From: Rhizobium sp. Q54
Lineage (GTDB): Bacteria; Pseudomonadota; Alphaproteobacteria; UBA2966; CAIVPW01
NCBI GenBank assembly: GCA_945889645.1
Contig: CAMDCA010000001.1
Coordinates: forward strand, 11,272-75,271
Length of the DNA stretch: 64,000 nt
Direction of reading: 5' to 3'
This document shows positions 50,855 through 60,846 of this stretch, piece after piece (the stretch's first letter is position 1; every line of letters starts with the position of its first letter). The position numbers and the translations under genes were made by a program. The notes under the pieces are model-generated. The model was not told the origin of the DNA, did not search any database, and was given only the letters and a program-made list of their open reading frames with translations.

Positions 50855-51582
50855 GCGTCAAGAAGCGGCTGCTCGACAACGAGTGGGTGCGCGGCTGGCT
50901 CGTCTGCATGGCCGCCGCCTACATGCGCTTCGTCTACCGCACGTCCCGCTGGGAAGTGCGCAATGGCGACATTCCGCAAGGGTACTGGGATCGCGGCGAG
51001 CCGTTCATTCTCGGTTTCTGGCACGGCCGTCTGCTGATGCCGTGCTTCGCCTGGGACAGGCGGCATCCAATGCACGTGCTGATCTCGCGCCACCGCGACG
51101 GCGAGCTCATCACGCGCACAATGGGACAATTCGGCATCGGCACAGTGCGCGGCTCATCGAAGGAAGGGGAAGGCGCCCAGGCGTTGCGCGAGATCGTGCG
51201 CCTGCTGCGCAACGGAGCGTACGTCGCCATCAGCCCTGACGGCCCGCGCGGCCCGCGCATGCGGGGAAGCGAGGGTATCGTGTCGGCCGCGCGTCTCGCC
51301 GGTGTGCCGGTGATCCCGATGGCCGTCGGCACCTCGCGCCGCCGCCTGCTCAACTCGTGGGACCGCTTCCTGCTGCCGCTGCCGTTCGCGCGCGGCGTGT
51401 TCGTGTGGGGCGAACCGATCGTCATTCCGCGCGAGTCGGATCGCGCGGCCTGCGCGGCGGCGCAGCTGCAGATCGAAGCCGCCATCACCGCCGCCACCGA
51501 CACCGCCGACCGCTTGACCGGCCACGCGCCGGTCGAGCCCGATCCGTTGCCCGCAGGGCGCGCCGCCGGAGCCGCCGGCTGA
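50851..51582 (+). CDS. DUF374 domain lysophospholipid acyltransferase-like protein
   Basis: 243-aa protein. Its position between msbA and lpxK is conserved in alphaproteobacteria. Its stop overlaps the lpxK start. Confidence 0.6.
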
Positions 51583-52544
51583 TGCGCGCCCCCGCCTTCT
51601 GGGGTCCGCCCGCTGATCGATTCTCCCTGGCGGCGACTGTGCTGGCTCCGGCCGCCTGGGTCTACGGCACGGCGCATCGCCTGCGTTGGCGGATGGCGAA
51701 GCCGAAGCGTGCGTCCGTTCCCGTCGTTTGCGTCGGCAACTTGGTGGCGGGCGGCGCCGGTAAGACGCCTACCGCCATCGCCGTCGCCCGGTACCTGCGC
51801 GCCCAGGGCGCCGCCGTCCACTTCATCACCCGCGGCTACGGCGGCAGTGCCGTCGGACCGATGCGCGTCGATCTCGGCCACCACGACGCCCGCCTGGTCG
51901 GCGACGAAGCGCTGCTGCTGGCGCGGATCGCGCCGACCTGGGTCGCCCGCGATCGCGCCGCCGCCGCCGAACGGGCCACCGCTGCGGGCGCCTCGATGCT
52001 GGTGCTGGACGATGGCTTCCAGAACCCCGGACTCGCCAAGGACGTTTCCCTGGTCGTGGTCGATGCGGCCTATGGCTTCGGCAACGGGCGCTTGCTGCCC
52101 GCCGGGCCGCTGCGCGAGAGAGCAGCCCACGGCCTTGGGCGGGCGACCGCGGCCGTCGTCATCGGCGGCGCGGCACCCTTCACTGCGTCGATTCCTATCC
52201 TCGCAGCGGAGATAGAGGCGACGCCCGAGTCGCGCGCGCGCCTGGCCAACAGGCCAGTCGTTGCCTTCGCCGGAATTGCCCGGCCGGAGAAGTTCTTCGC
52301 CCTGCTGGCGGCGATCGGATGCAAGGTCGTCGCAACCCACGCGTTTGGCGACCACCACCGCTTTAGCGTCGCCGAGATCGCCGGCCTGCGCGCCGAAGCC
52401 GCTCGCGCCAACGCCACCCTTGTCACGACCGCCAAGGATGCGGTGCGGCTCGACGGCGCCTCCGGCATCGAAGTGCTCGACGTCGCGCTCTCGTTCGGCA
52501 GTCGGGCGGCGCTCGGCCACATCCTGGGAGCGATCGTGCACTGA
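51582..52544 (+). CDS. lpxK: tetraacyldisaccharide 4'-kinase
   Basis: Start at MRAPAFWGPP. P-loop VGNLVAGGAGKTP. The ORF-track extension to 51357 is Arg/His-rich overlap noise. Confidence 0.9.
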   Translation: MRAPAFWGPPADRFSLAATVLAPAAWVYGTAHRLRWRMAKPKRASVPVVCVGNLVAGGAGKTPTAIAVARYLRAQGAAVHFITRGYGGSAVGPMRVDLGHHDARLVGDEALLLARIAPTWVARDRAAAAERATAAGASMLVLDDGFQNPGLAKDVSLVVVDAAYGFGNGRLLPAGPLRERAAHGLGRATAAVVIGGAAPFTASIPILAAEIEATPESRARLANRPVVAFAGIARPEKFFALLAAIGCKVVATHAFGDHHRFSVAEIAGLRAEAARANATLVTTAKDAVRLDGASGIEVLDVALSFGSRAALGHILGAIVH

Positions 52545-53461
52545 TGGGCGACGCCGTCCCCGATTCCGGCCCCGACCGCAAGTACCGGGCCCGCGCCCTG
52601 GTCATCAACTACGCCGAGGCGTGGAGTGCGGCGGTACTGCTGTGGCTGTGCGCGCGCCTGCCGCTGAGCGTTGCGTCCGGCATTGGCGGCGCAGTGGCCC
52701 GCACGATCGGGCCTTACACCGCGCGCTCGCGCATCGCGGTGCGCAACCTCGCGCGGGCGTTTCCCGACAAGTCGCCGCAGGAGGTACGCGCCATCCTGCG
52801 CGCCATGTGGGACCACGTCGGCCGCCTGGCGCTGGAAAGCGCGCACCTGCGCGCCATCGACTGCTACGCCCCCGATAGTCCGGTCGAGGTGGTCGGCGCC
52901 GAGCACATCGACGCCGTCAAGGCGAGCGGGCGCGGCGCCATCTTCTTCGCCGGCCACATCGGCCAGTGGGACATCCCGCCGATGGCGGTGCAGCAGCGCG
53001 GCGTCGACGCGACCATCATCTACCGCGAGATCAACAATCCGGTGCTGAACCGCGTCATGGCGTACTGGCGCGCGCCGATGGGCGCGTTCAAGAACAAGGG
53101 CCGCTCCGCCGCCAAGACCTTGATCGAGGGCCTGCGCGAGGGCCGCCACTTCGCCATGCTGGTTGACCAGAAGATGAACGACGGCATCGCCGTGCCGTTC
53201 TTCGGTCGCCCGGCGATGACCGCGCCGGCCATCGCCCAGTTCGCCGTGCGCGACGACGTGCCGATCGTGCCGGCGCGCTGCGAGCGCCTCGGCGGCACGC
53301 GCTTCCGCGTCACGTTCTATCCGCCGCTCGAAGCCTCGCGCACCGGCGACCGCGCCCGCGACGTCGCCACGACCATGGAACGCGTCAACGCGTTGCTCGA
53401 AGGTTGGATCCGCGAGCACCCCGAGCAATGGCTGTGGGTGCATCGCCGCTGGCCGGAGTAG
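52544..53461 (+). CDS. lpxL: lipid A biosynthesis lauroyl/myristoyl acyltransferase (LpxL/HtrB family)
   Basis: LPLAT fold with the HxxxxD-type motif region (FAGHIGQWD). Its ATG overlaps the lpxK TGA. Confidence 0.75.
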   Translation: MGDAVPDSGPDRKYRARALVINYAEAWSAAVLLWLCARLPLSVASGIGGAVARTIGPYTARSRIAVRNLARAFPDKSPQEVRAILRAMWDHVGRLALESAHLRAIDCYAPDSPVEVVGAEHIDAVKASGRGAIFFAGHIGQWDIPPMAVQQRGVDATIIYREINNPVLNRVMAYWRAPMGAFKNKGRSAAKTLIEGLREGRHFAMLVDQKMNDGIAVPFFGRPAMTAPAIAQFAVRDDVPIVPARCERLGGTRFRVTFYPPLEASRTGDRARDVATTMERVNALLEGWIREHPEQWLWVHRRWPE

Positions 53462-53495
53462 GTACGCAGGCCGGCAAGTCGCGGACCGCGCACGC

Positions 53496-53786
53496 TTACG
53501 GACAGTAGACGCGCTTCAGTACCGAAACGATGCGGCCGACGTTACGATCGGCGACCCGGTAATAGATCGTCTGCGCTGCCCGGCGCGTTGAAACCAGCCC
53601 CTCCTGCCGCATCTTTGCGAGATGCTGCGACAAGGCCGACTGTCCGATTCTGACGGCGGCCGAGAGGTGGCCCACCGAAATCTCGCGCGCCTCCAGCAGC
53701 CTGCACAGGATGAGGAGGCGCCGCTCGTTGGCAAGCAACTTCATGAGCCGCGCCGCCTCGCCAGCATGCCGCTCAAGGAGCGTCAA
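53496..53786 (-). CDS. ArsR/SmtB family transcriptional regulator
   Basis: 96-aa winged HTH (LKLLANERRLLILCRLLEAREISVGHLSAAVRIGQSALSQHLAKM). Confidence 0.85.
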   Translation of the reverse strand: MTLLERHAGEAARLMKLLANERRLLILCRLLEAREISVGHLSAAVRIGQSALSQHLAKMRQEGLVSTRRAAQTIYYRVADRNVGRIVSVLKRVYCP

Positions 53787-53913
53787 TATCGGTCAAGGCC
53801 GCCGCATCCCCCATTTCGTATATTAGACATTGCTAACGTACCAATCGCAAAAATAGACTTGAGCATCGGGCGCTCAAAGCCAATTGGCCGCCCGCATCGG
53901 GAGGGAAGACACC

Positions 53914-55272
53914 ATGAGTGCAACGCGCGAACGCGGACTGACCGAACTCTATCAAGATGATCCTGAGCGGGCCGACGCGCTGACATTCGGCCGACGCACC
54001 GGGATCGAGCGGCGCGGCTTCCTCAAGGGCGCAGGACTGGGCGCCATGGCCGCGGCGGTGGGCGGAGCGATTCCCTTTGCCGCCGACATGCCGGCCGGCC
54101 TGATTCCGGCAGCCCTCGCTCAGGCCGCACCGGCCGCGGCACCAGCGGCCGCGCCAGCAGCCGCCCCGGCCGGACCAAAGCCGCTGCAGATGCCTGGCAA
54201 GGCGGAGATTCTGGTGATCCAGGAGCGTCCGCTGAACGCCGAGACACCGCAACACATGCTCGATGACGACGTAACGCCGACGGCAAAATACTTCGTGCGC
54301 AACAACGGCCTGCCGCCTGACCAACTCGGCGCGCCGGCAAGTTGGCGCATTACTGTCGATGGCGAGGTCAACACGCCACTCACTCTCACCGTCGCCGAGT
54401 TGCAGCAGCGCTTCACGCCGGTAACGCTGAAACTGCAGATGGAATGCGGCGGCAACGGCCGCTCCTTCTTCACTCCCGAGGCACGCGGCAATCAGTGGGG
54501 CAACGGTGCCGCGGGGTGCGCCGAATGGACCGGCGTGCGCCTGCGCGACGTGCTTCAGGCCGCCAGCCTAAAGACGAGCGCGGTGTACACGGGCCACTAT
54601 GGTGCCGACAAGAACCTCCAGGGTACCGACGCGCCGGTCATTTCGCGCGGCATCCGCATCGCCAAAGCGATGGACGAGGACACCCTCATCGCCTTCCGCA
54701 TGAACGGCGAGGCGCTGCCGAACATCCACGGCGGCCCGGCACGCCTGATCGTGCCGGGCTGGGCCGGCTCGACGTCACAGAAGTGGCTGACGCGCATCTG
54801 GATTCGCGACAAGGAACACGACGGTCAAGGCATGGGCGGATTCTCCTACCGCACCATGCGCACACCCATCGTGCCCGGCGGGCAGGCCGCAGAGGCCGAC
54901 ACCCAGATTCTCGAGTCCATGCCCGCGCGCTCGATCATAACCAGCCCGGAACATGGAGCCAAACTGCCTGCCAACACCCGCCAGATCAACCTGCGCGGCG
55001 CCGCGTGGGCCGGCGACAAGACCGTGCAGGCCGTGCAGGTGTCGGTTGATTTCGGCGCCTCCTGGACGGCGGCGCAACTCAGCGCGCCAGCCAACCGCCA
55101 TGCGTGGCAGCGGTGGACAGCGGCCGTGACGCTGCCGAGCGCCGGCTATTTCGAGGTCTGGTCACGCGCCACCGATCAGGACGGCAAGATGCAGCCCCAC
55201 GCGGCGGGCAACTGGAACCCGCAGGGGTACGGCGCCAATCCGGTCAACCGGGTCGCCGTACTCGTCGCGTGA
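53914..55272 (+). CDS. sorA: sulfite dehydrogenase / sulfite-oxidase-family molybdopterin subunit (SorA-like), Tat-exported
   Basis: RBS GGGAGGGAAG then the ATG at 53914. Twin-arginine motif RRGFLKG. Moco-binding and dimerisation domains are present. Confidence 0.8.
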   Translation: MSATRERGLTELYQDDPERADALTFGRRTGIERRGFLKGAGLGAMAAAVGGAIPFAADMPAGLIPAALAQAAPAAAPAAAPAAAPAGPKPLQMPGKAEILVIQERPLNAETPQHMLDDDVTPTAKYFVRNNGLPPDQLGAPASWRITVDGEVNTPLTLTVAELQQRFTPVTLKLQMECGGNGRSFFTPEARGNQWGNGAAGCAEWTGVRLRDVLQAASLKTSAVYTGHYGADKNLQGTDAPVISRGIRIAKAMDEDTLIAFRMNGEALPNIHGGPARLIVPGWAGSTSQKWLTRIWIRDKEHDGQGMGGFSYRTMRTPIVPGGQAAEADTQILESMPARSIITSPEHGAKLPANTRQINLRGAAWAGDKTVQAVQVSVDFGASWTAAQLSAPANRHAWQRWTAAVTLPSAGYFEVWSRATDQDGKMQPHAAGNWNPQGYGANPVNRVAVLVA

Positions 55273-55637
55273 TCCGGACGTGCATTCGGCCGCTGTTTCT
55301 GGTGGCGAGCACAGCGGCGGTGGGCCTAGTGCCCGCCGCCGCGCTGGTGGCGCCCCCCGCATTCGCGCAGGAAGCGGAGGTCGAGACGCCCGATGTCCTG
55401 CCCGGAGGCCCCGGCCGCGACGAGACGTTCTATGTCTGCACCGCGTGTCACGGCAGCGCCATCGTGCGTCAGCAAGGCATGACACGGGAACTGTGGAGCC
55501 AGACCATCGACTACATGGTCGAGCGCCAGAAGATGGAGCCTTTGGAGGCGCAGTTGCGCGCGCTGATTGTCAACTACCTGGGGGAGAACTTCCCGCCTCG
55601 GCGACGCATACCCACCAACCCGTTCCTAGCGCCCTAG
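55269..55637 (+). CDS. sorB: c-type cytochrome subunit (SorB-like) of sulfite dehydrogenase
   Basis: The GTG start overlaps the sorA TGA as GTGA. Signal peptide followed by CTACHGS heme-binding site. Confidence 0.6.
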   Translation: MIRTCIRPLFLVASTAAVGLVPAAALVAPPAFAQEAEVETPDVLPGGPGRDETFYVCTACHGSAIVRQQGMTRELWSQTIDYMVERQKMEPLEAQLRALIVNYLGENFPPRRRIPTNPFLAP

Positions 55638-55733
55638 CGGCAGCGGCGGCACAACGGAATTTCTCAGACAGCCTCAACCTGGAAGTCCGCCGAGGCCCCG
55701 GCATTCTGCAAAAGAACGGCTTAGCCTCCCGGC

Positions 55734-56555
55734 TCAGCCCCCCGGCGCGGGTGAAACCACGAGCGCAGGGTCGATCCGCATGTCGAACCAGTGGATGTTC
55801 CAGTGCAGGTGGGGACCGGTGACCCGGCCGGTGGCGCCGACGGCGCCGATCAGCTCGCCGGCCTGCAGCGTCTGGCCGACCTTCACCGACACCTTGGATA
55901 GGTGCGCGTAGGTCGTCGTCACGCCATAGCCGTGATCGAGGATGATGGTGCCGCCGGTGTAGTAGAGGTCGGTCTCGGCCAGCGTGACGCGGCCGGGGGC
56001 CGGTGCCACCACCGGCGTACCGGTCGGCATGGCGATGTCGAGACCCCAGTGCGGCGCCATCTCCTGGCCGTTGAGGACCCGGCGCGAACCGAATACGCCG
56101 CTGATGCGGCCTCTCACCGGCCACTGGAAGCCACCGGCGAACCACTCTTCCGGAGTCACGCCCGCGCGGGCCCTGGAGATGGCGGCGGCCTCATTGTTGA
56201 TGCGCGCGGTCACTTCGGGCGGCGGGTTGACCATGGCCGGCGGCAGGCCATCGACGCGCTCGATCTTCCATTTCTGCGGCGCGACGGCGAGGGCGCGAGT
56301 CTCCTCGGCGCCATCGGCGAAGCGCACGACCAGCGTCGCAGTAGCTTTGGCGTCCGCGGCGAAACCGAAAACGAACGTGCCATCGGGTGCTACCGATACT
56401 GCGCGACCGTTGAGGGTTGCTGCCGTTGCACCCACCGCGCGGGCCACCACAAGGCCGCCCTGGGTGAACGTGCCGGTGAAGGAGATGTCCTTCGCCCACG
56501 CGCCGCCCGCGCCAACCAGCGCGAGTACGAACACGAGGACGAAGCGCAGGCTCAC
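55734..56555 (-). CDS. M23 family metallopeptidase
   Basis: Start GTG (MSLRFVLVFVLALVGAGGAWA signal peptide). LytM motifs HWGLDIA and HLHWNIHW. Confidence 0.85.
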   Translation of the reverse strand: MSLRFVLVFVLALVGAGGAWAKDISFTGTFTQGGLVVARAVGATAATLNGRAVSVAPDGTFVFGFAADAKATATLVVRFADGAEETRALAVAPQKWKIERVDGLPPAMVNPPPEVTARINNEAAAISRARAGVTPEEWFAGGFQWPVRGRISGVFGSRRVLNGQEMAPHWGLDIAMPTGTPVVAPAPGRVTLAETDLYYTGGTIILDHGYGVTTTYAHLSKVSVKVGQTLQAGELIGAVGATGRVTGPHLHWNIHWFDMRIDPALVVSPAPGG

Positions 56556-56776
56556 TTCTGCTTGGCCTGCTCGGTGTGGCGCTGCGTCGCCGCCGCTGCG
56601 TTGAAATACGGCTCCTGGCGATCGACGTTCCAGTAGCGCAACTGATCGAGCGGGATGGGCCGACCGGTAACCGAGCACACCACATAGGTACCGGGGCGCA
56701 CCACCTGGTAGCCGCCGGGGCCATACAGAAGCTTGGCCTCAGGGCCCTCGAGCCGCGGTTCGGGGATGTCTTTCAC
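56552..56776 (-). CDS. DUF2093-like small conserved protein
   Basis: 74-aa protein sandwiched between xseA and the M23 peptidase gene, with overlapping stops and starts. Confidence 0.5.
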   Translation of the reverse strand: MKDIPEPRLEGPEAKLLYGPGGYQVVRPGTYVVCSVTGRPIPLDQLRYWNVDRQEPYFNAAAATQRHTEQAKQK

Positions 56777-58266
56777 AGCAGGCTCCCTTGTTCGCCGCCG
56801 CCGGCGCCGCGTTTGCGCTTCGGCGAGGTGCGCGGTTGCGGGCGAGCCTCATGGCCCGTCGCGGTTACGGCATCGATGTGGCCGTCTTTGAGCTCGATGT
56901 CCAGACCCATACCCGGCGTGGTGGCCTCAACCGAGGTCAGCGGCTGGCCGGCTTCATCGCGCACCACGGCGTAGCCGCGCTGCAGGACGCTCTTGTGGCT
57001 GACGCTTTCCAGCAGGGTCCCGAGGGCAGCCAGGCGCCGTTGGCGGTCACCGAGGCGGCGCGTCACCTCGCGCCGCAGGGCGGTCCCGGCCCGTTCGACC
57101 CGGCGCGTCGCGTCCTCCAGGGTGCGGGCCAGCACGCCGGGGCGCAGGTGGCGCGCGGCGGTCTTCAGGCGCTGCTCGCCGTTGCCCAGCACCGCGTTGC
57201 CGGCGCGATCGAGGCGCAATCCGGCGTGGTCGAGGCGCTGGGTGGCGAGGTCGATGACCTCGCGCGGTCCGCGCAGGCCACGCGCCAGTCCGGTCAGGCG
57301 CTCGCGGCGCCGATCGACGTTGCGTACGGCTGCACCGAACAGGCGCGCCGACAGCGAACGGGTCGCGGCGATGAGTTCTGCCCGCACCGGCACCGCAAGC
57401 TCCGCCGCTGCGGTCGGCGTCGGCGCACAGACGTCGGCTGCGAAATCGGCCAACGTCGTGTCGGTCTCGTGGCCCACCGCGCTGATGGTCGGAATCTGCG
57501 ACGCGGCAATGGCGCGCACGACGATCTCTTCGTTGAACGCCCACAGGTCTTCGACACTGCCACCGCCGCGCGCCACGATGAGCACGTCGGGGCGCGGCAC
57601 GCTGCCGCCTTCGGCCAGCCGGTTGAAGCCATGGATGGCGGCCGCGATCTCCGGCGCCGCAGCGGCGCCCTGCACCGACACCGGCCACAGCAGCACGTGG
57701 CGCGGGAAACGGTCACGCAGGCGATGCAGGATGTCGCGGAACACCGCGCCGGTCGGCGACGTCACGACGCCGATGACGGTCGGCAGCGACGGCAGCTTGC
57801 GCTTGCGGGCGCGGTCGAACAGCCCTTCGGCGGCAAGTTTCTTGCGCCGGTCCTCCAACTGCTTGAGCAGCGCACCGGCACCGGCGAGTTCGGCGTGGTC
57901 CACCACCAGCTGGTACTGCGAGCGTCCCGGATAGGTCGTCAGCCGCCCCGTGGCGATGACCTCGATGCCGTCTTCCAGATTGGTGCGCAGGCGGATGGCG
58001 GTCGAGCGCCAGCACACCGAGGCGATGACCGAATCGGCGTCCTTCAGGTCGAAGTACCAGTGGCCACTGGACGGGCGTTTGAGGTTGGTGACCTCGCCGC
58101 GCACGCGCAGGCGTCCAAACACGCCCTCCACAGTGCGCCGCACCGCCACGGAAAGTTCGGCGACCGAGTACTCAGGAATCGCCGAGGCTTGGGCACGAGC
58201 CGGCGCCCCGTCGGCGGGGTTCGGATCGAGAAGCCCAGGCGCGGCCTTGTCGGCTGCTTGTGCCAC
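56773..58266 (-). CDS. xseA: exodeoxyribonuclease VII large subunit
   Basis: OB-fold N-terminus (VRGEVTNLKRPSSGHWYFDLKD) followed by the catalytic domain. The protein is 497 aa. Confidence 0.9.
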   Translation of the reverse strand: MAQAADKAAPGLLDPNPADGAPARAQASAIPEYSVAELSVAVRRTVEGVFGRLRVRGEVTNLKRPSSGHWYFDLKDADSVIASVCWRSTAIRLRTNLEDGIEVIATGRLTTYPGRSQYQLVVDHAELAGAGALLKQLEDRRKKLAAEGLFDRARKRKLPSLPTVIGVVTSPTGAVFRDILHRLRDRFPRHVLLWPVSVQGAAAAPEIAAAIHGFNRLAEGGSVPRPDVLIVARGGGSVEDLWAFNEEIVVRAIAASQIPTISAVGHETDTTLADFAADVCAPTPTAAAELAVPVRAELIAATRSLSARLFGAAVRNVDRRRERLTGLARGLRGPREVIDLATQRLDHAGLRLDRAGNAVLGNGEQRLKTAARHLRPGVLARTLEDATRRVERAGTALRREVTRRLGDRQRRLAALGTLLESVSHKSVLQRGYAVVRDEAGQPLTSVEATTPGMGLDIELKDGHIDAVTATGHEARPQPRTSPKRKRGAGGGEQGSLL

Positions 58267-58319
58267 TCCGCCTATGTTACAAGACGGGCAATCCCACTAC
58301 CAACCTCGCCGGTTACATT

Positions 58320-59591
58320 ATGAATGTCCTCGTCGTCGGCGGCGGCGGCCGAGAGCACGCCCTGTGCTGGAGCCTGGCGGCATCGCCGCTGGTCGATACC
58401 CTGTACTGCGCCCCGGGCAACGCAGGGATCGCCCAGGACGCCACGTGCGTGCCCATCGGGGTCGCCGACACGACCGGGCTGATCGCCTTTTGCAAAGAGA
58501 AGAAGGTCGGATTCGTCGTGGTCGGGCCCGATGCGCCCATCGTCGCCGGCCTGGTCGACCACCTCGAGGCGGCCGGCATTCCGGCCTTCGGGCCGTCGGC
58601 CAAGGCTGCGGTCCTGGAAGGCTCCAAGGCCTTCACCAAGGAGTTGTGCGCGCGCCACAACATCCCCACCGCGGCGTTCGTCCGGGTGCGGGACCTGGAC
58701 GCGGCGCGCAAGCACATCGCCGGTACTCGTATGCCGATTGTGGTGAAGGCGGACGGCCTGGCACTCGGCAAGGGCGTGCGCATCTGCGCCACGCGCGAAG
58801 AGGCTGAAACCGCCTGCGCCGAGATGCTCGCGGGCGCGTTCGGCTCCGCCGGCAGCGAGATCGTGCTGGAGGAATTCCTCGCCGGCGAGGAGGCGAGCTT
58901 CTTCGCCCTGGTGCACGGCGAGCAGGTGCTGCCGTTTGCCTCCGCGCAGGATCACAAGAAGGTCGGTGACGGCGATGTCGGCCCAAACACCGGCGGCATG
59001 GGCGCTTACTCGCCACCGCCGGTACTGACGCAGGCGCTGGAGAAGCGCGTGCTGGAGGAGATCGTGCGTCCGACGGCGCGCGCCATGGTCGCCGAAGGGC
59101 GCCCCTATGTCGGAGCTCTGTTCGCCGGCCTGATGATCGTTGACGGCGCGCCCAAGCTGATCGAGTACAACGCGCGCTTCGGCGATCCCGAATGCCAGGT
59201 CATGCTGCCGCGCCTGAAGTCGGACCTGCTGACGCTGTTGATGGCGACGCGCGAAGGCGTGCTGCACAAGGTAGATGCGCGCTGGCGGCCCGAAACGGCG
59301 CTTGGCGTCGTGCTCGCGACCAAGGGCTATCCCGGGACGTACCCCAAGGGTTCGGTCATCGAAGGTTTGGAGGACGCTGCGGGCGTGCCGGAGGTGACGA
59401 TTTTCCATGCCGGTACCACGCGCGAAGGCGGCGTGTGGAAGGCCAACGGCGGCCGCGTGCTGAACGTCGTGGCGCTGGGCAAGGACGTCGCCGAGGCTCA
59501 GGGCCGCGCCTACGCCGCGGTCGATCGCATCCGCTGGCCGCAAGGCTTCTGCCGCCGCGACATCGGCTTCCGCGCCTTCGGCAGGCGGTAG
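58320..59591 (+). CDS. purD: phosphoribosylamine--glycine ligase
   Basis: Start at MNVLVVGGGGREHALCWSL. ATP-grasp fold. Confidence 0.95.
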   Translation: MNVLVVGGGGREHALCWSLAASPLVDTLYCAPGNAGIAQDATCVPIGVADTTGLIAFCKEKKVGFVVVGPDAPIVAGLVDHLEAAGIPAFGPSAKAAVLEGSKAFTKELCARHNIPTAAFVRVRDLDAARKHIAGTRMPIVVKADGLALGKGVRICATREEAETACAEMLAGAFGSAGSEIVLEEFLAGEEASFFALVHGEQVLPFASAQDHKKVGDGDVGPNTGGMGAYSPPPVLTQALEKRVLEEIVRPTARAMVAEGRPYVGALFAGLMIVDGAPKLIEYNARFGDPECQVMLPRLKSDLLTLLMATREGVLHKVDARWRPETALGVVLATKGYPGTYPKGSVIEGLEDAAGVPEVTIFHAGTTREGGVWKANGGRVLNVVALGKDVAEAQGRAYAAVDRIRWPQGFCRRDIGFRAFGRR

Positions 59592-59596
59592 CCGTG

Positions 59597-60058
59597 CTAG
59601 CGCCGGCTTTGAAAAAACGTCCGCAGCAGTTCCGCCGCGCGCGCCTCGCCGACGCCGGCGACGACCTCGGGCCGGTGATGCGTCGTGGGCTGGGCGAAAA
59701 TTCGCGCGCCGTGCTCAACCCCGCCGCCTTTGGGATCGGGCGCGCCGTAGACGACGCGGCGCACGCGCGCAAGTGCCAGCGCGGCTGCACACATCGCACA
59801 GGGTTCCAGCGTGACGTAGAGATCGAGGGTGCCGAGGCGTTCGCTGCCCAGAGCGGCGGACGCCGCGCGCAGCACCAGCATTTCGGCATGCGCCGTGGGA
59901 TCGTGCTGTTCGACGACGCGGTTGCCGTCGGCAGCAACGACGCTGCCGTTGACCGAGTCGACCAGCACCGCACCGATCGGTACCTCGCCGCGCGCCTGGG
60001 CGCGTTCCGCTTCCGCCAGCGCGCGATCCATGTGGGGCGAGGGCTTCATCGCCTGCAC
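59597..60058 (-). CDS. tadA: tRNA adenosine(34) deaminase
   Basis: CDA zinc motifs HAEMLVLR and PCAMCAAAL. Confidence 0.9.
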   Translation of the reverse strand: MQAMKPSPHMDRALAEAERAQARGEVPIGAVLVDSVNGSVVAADGNRVVEQHDPTAHAEMLVLRAASAALGSERLGTLDLYVTLEPCAMCAAALALARVRRVVYGAPDPKGGGVEHGARIFAQPTTHHRPEVVAGVGEARAAELLRTFFQSRR

Positions 60059-60093
60059 GCTGCCGCGCCGCTCCGTTCAAGGCAAGTCATTCC

Positions 60094-60846
60094 ATGAAAA
60101 AGCCCGTCAGCGACGAACCCAAGGGCGAGCGCATCGCCAAGCGAATGGCCGATGCCGGCCTGTGTTCGCGCCGCGAGGCGGAGCGCTGGATCGCGGCAGG
60201 GCGCGTGTCGGTGGACGGCGTCGTGCTGACCAGCCCGGCGCTCACCGTGACCGACACCAACCAAGTCGTGGTTGACGGCCAGTTGGTGGGCGGGCGCGGC
60301 AAGACGCGGCTGTGGCGCTACCACAAGCCCACCGGACTGGTGACGACCCATAGCGATCCGCAGGGCCGCTCGACGGTGTTCTCCAGCCTGCCGCCGGACC
60401 TGCCGCGGGTGATCTCGATCGGCCGTCTGGACTTGAATTCTGAAGGCCTGCTGCTGCTGACCAATTCGGGCGAGCTGGCGCGCAAGCTCGAATCTCCGGC
60501 CACCGGGTGGAAGCGCCTCTACCGCGTGCGCGCCCACGGCCGTCCGCTGCCTGAGGCGCTCGCGAGCTTGGCGAAGGGCATCACGGTGGATGGGATGCGC
60601 TATGGCCCGATCGAGGCGACGCTGGAACGCCAGCAAGGCGCCAACGCCTGGCTCTCTGTCGCGCTGCATGAGGGACGCAACCGCGAAGTGCGCAAGGCAC
60701 TCGAATCGATCAACCTGACCGTCAATCGCCTGATCCGCATCGCCTACGGCCCGTTCCAGCTTGATACGCTTGAACCCGGGGAGGTGCGCGAGGTTCCCAA
60801 CAAGATCCTGCGCGATCAGGTAGGCGTGGTGGAGAACGACCGATGA
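60094..60846 (+). CDS. rluB: pseudouridine synthase, RsuA/RluB family
   Basis: S4 domain plus the catalytic RLDLNSEGLLLLTN motif. Confidence 0.85.
   Translation: MKKPVSDEPKGERIAKRMADAGLCSRREAERWIAAGRVSVDGVVLTSPALTVTDTNQVVVDGQLVGGRGKTRLWRYHKPTGLVTTHSDPQGRSTVFSSLPPDLPRVISIGRLDLNSEGLLLLTNSGELARKLESPATGWKRLYRVRAHGRPLPEALASLAKGITVDGMRYGPIEATLERQQGANAWLSVALHEGRNREVRKALESINLTVNRLIRIAYGPFQLDTLEPGEVREVPNKILRDQVGVVENDR

Noticed and set aside
51357-51581. Arg/His-rich upstream extension of lpxK (RHHRRHRHRR)
   Set aside because: It overlaps the DUF374 gene's 3' end in another frame. LpxK homology and the coupled ATG begin at 51582.
56788-58323. 511-aa plus-strand ORF
   Set aside because: It is antisense to xseA and has low-complexity composition. 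xseA carries the conserved exonuclease VII large-subunit sequence.
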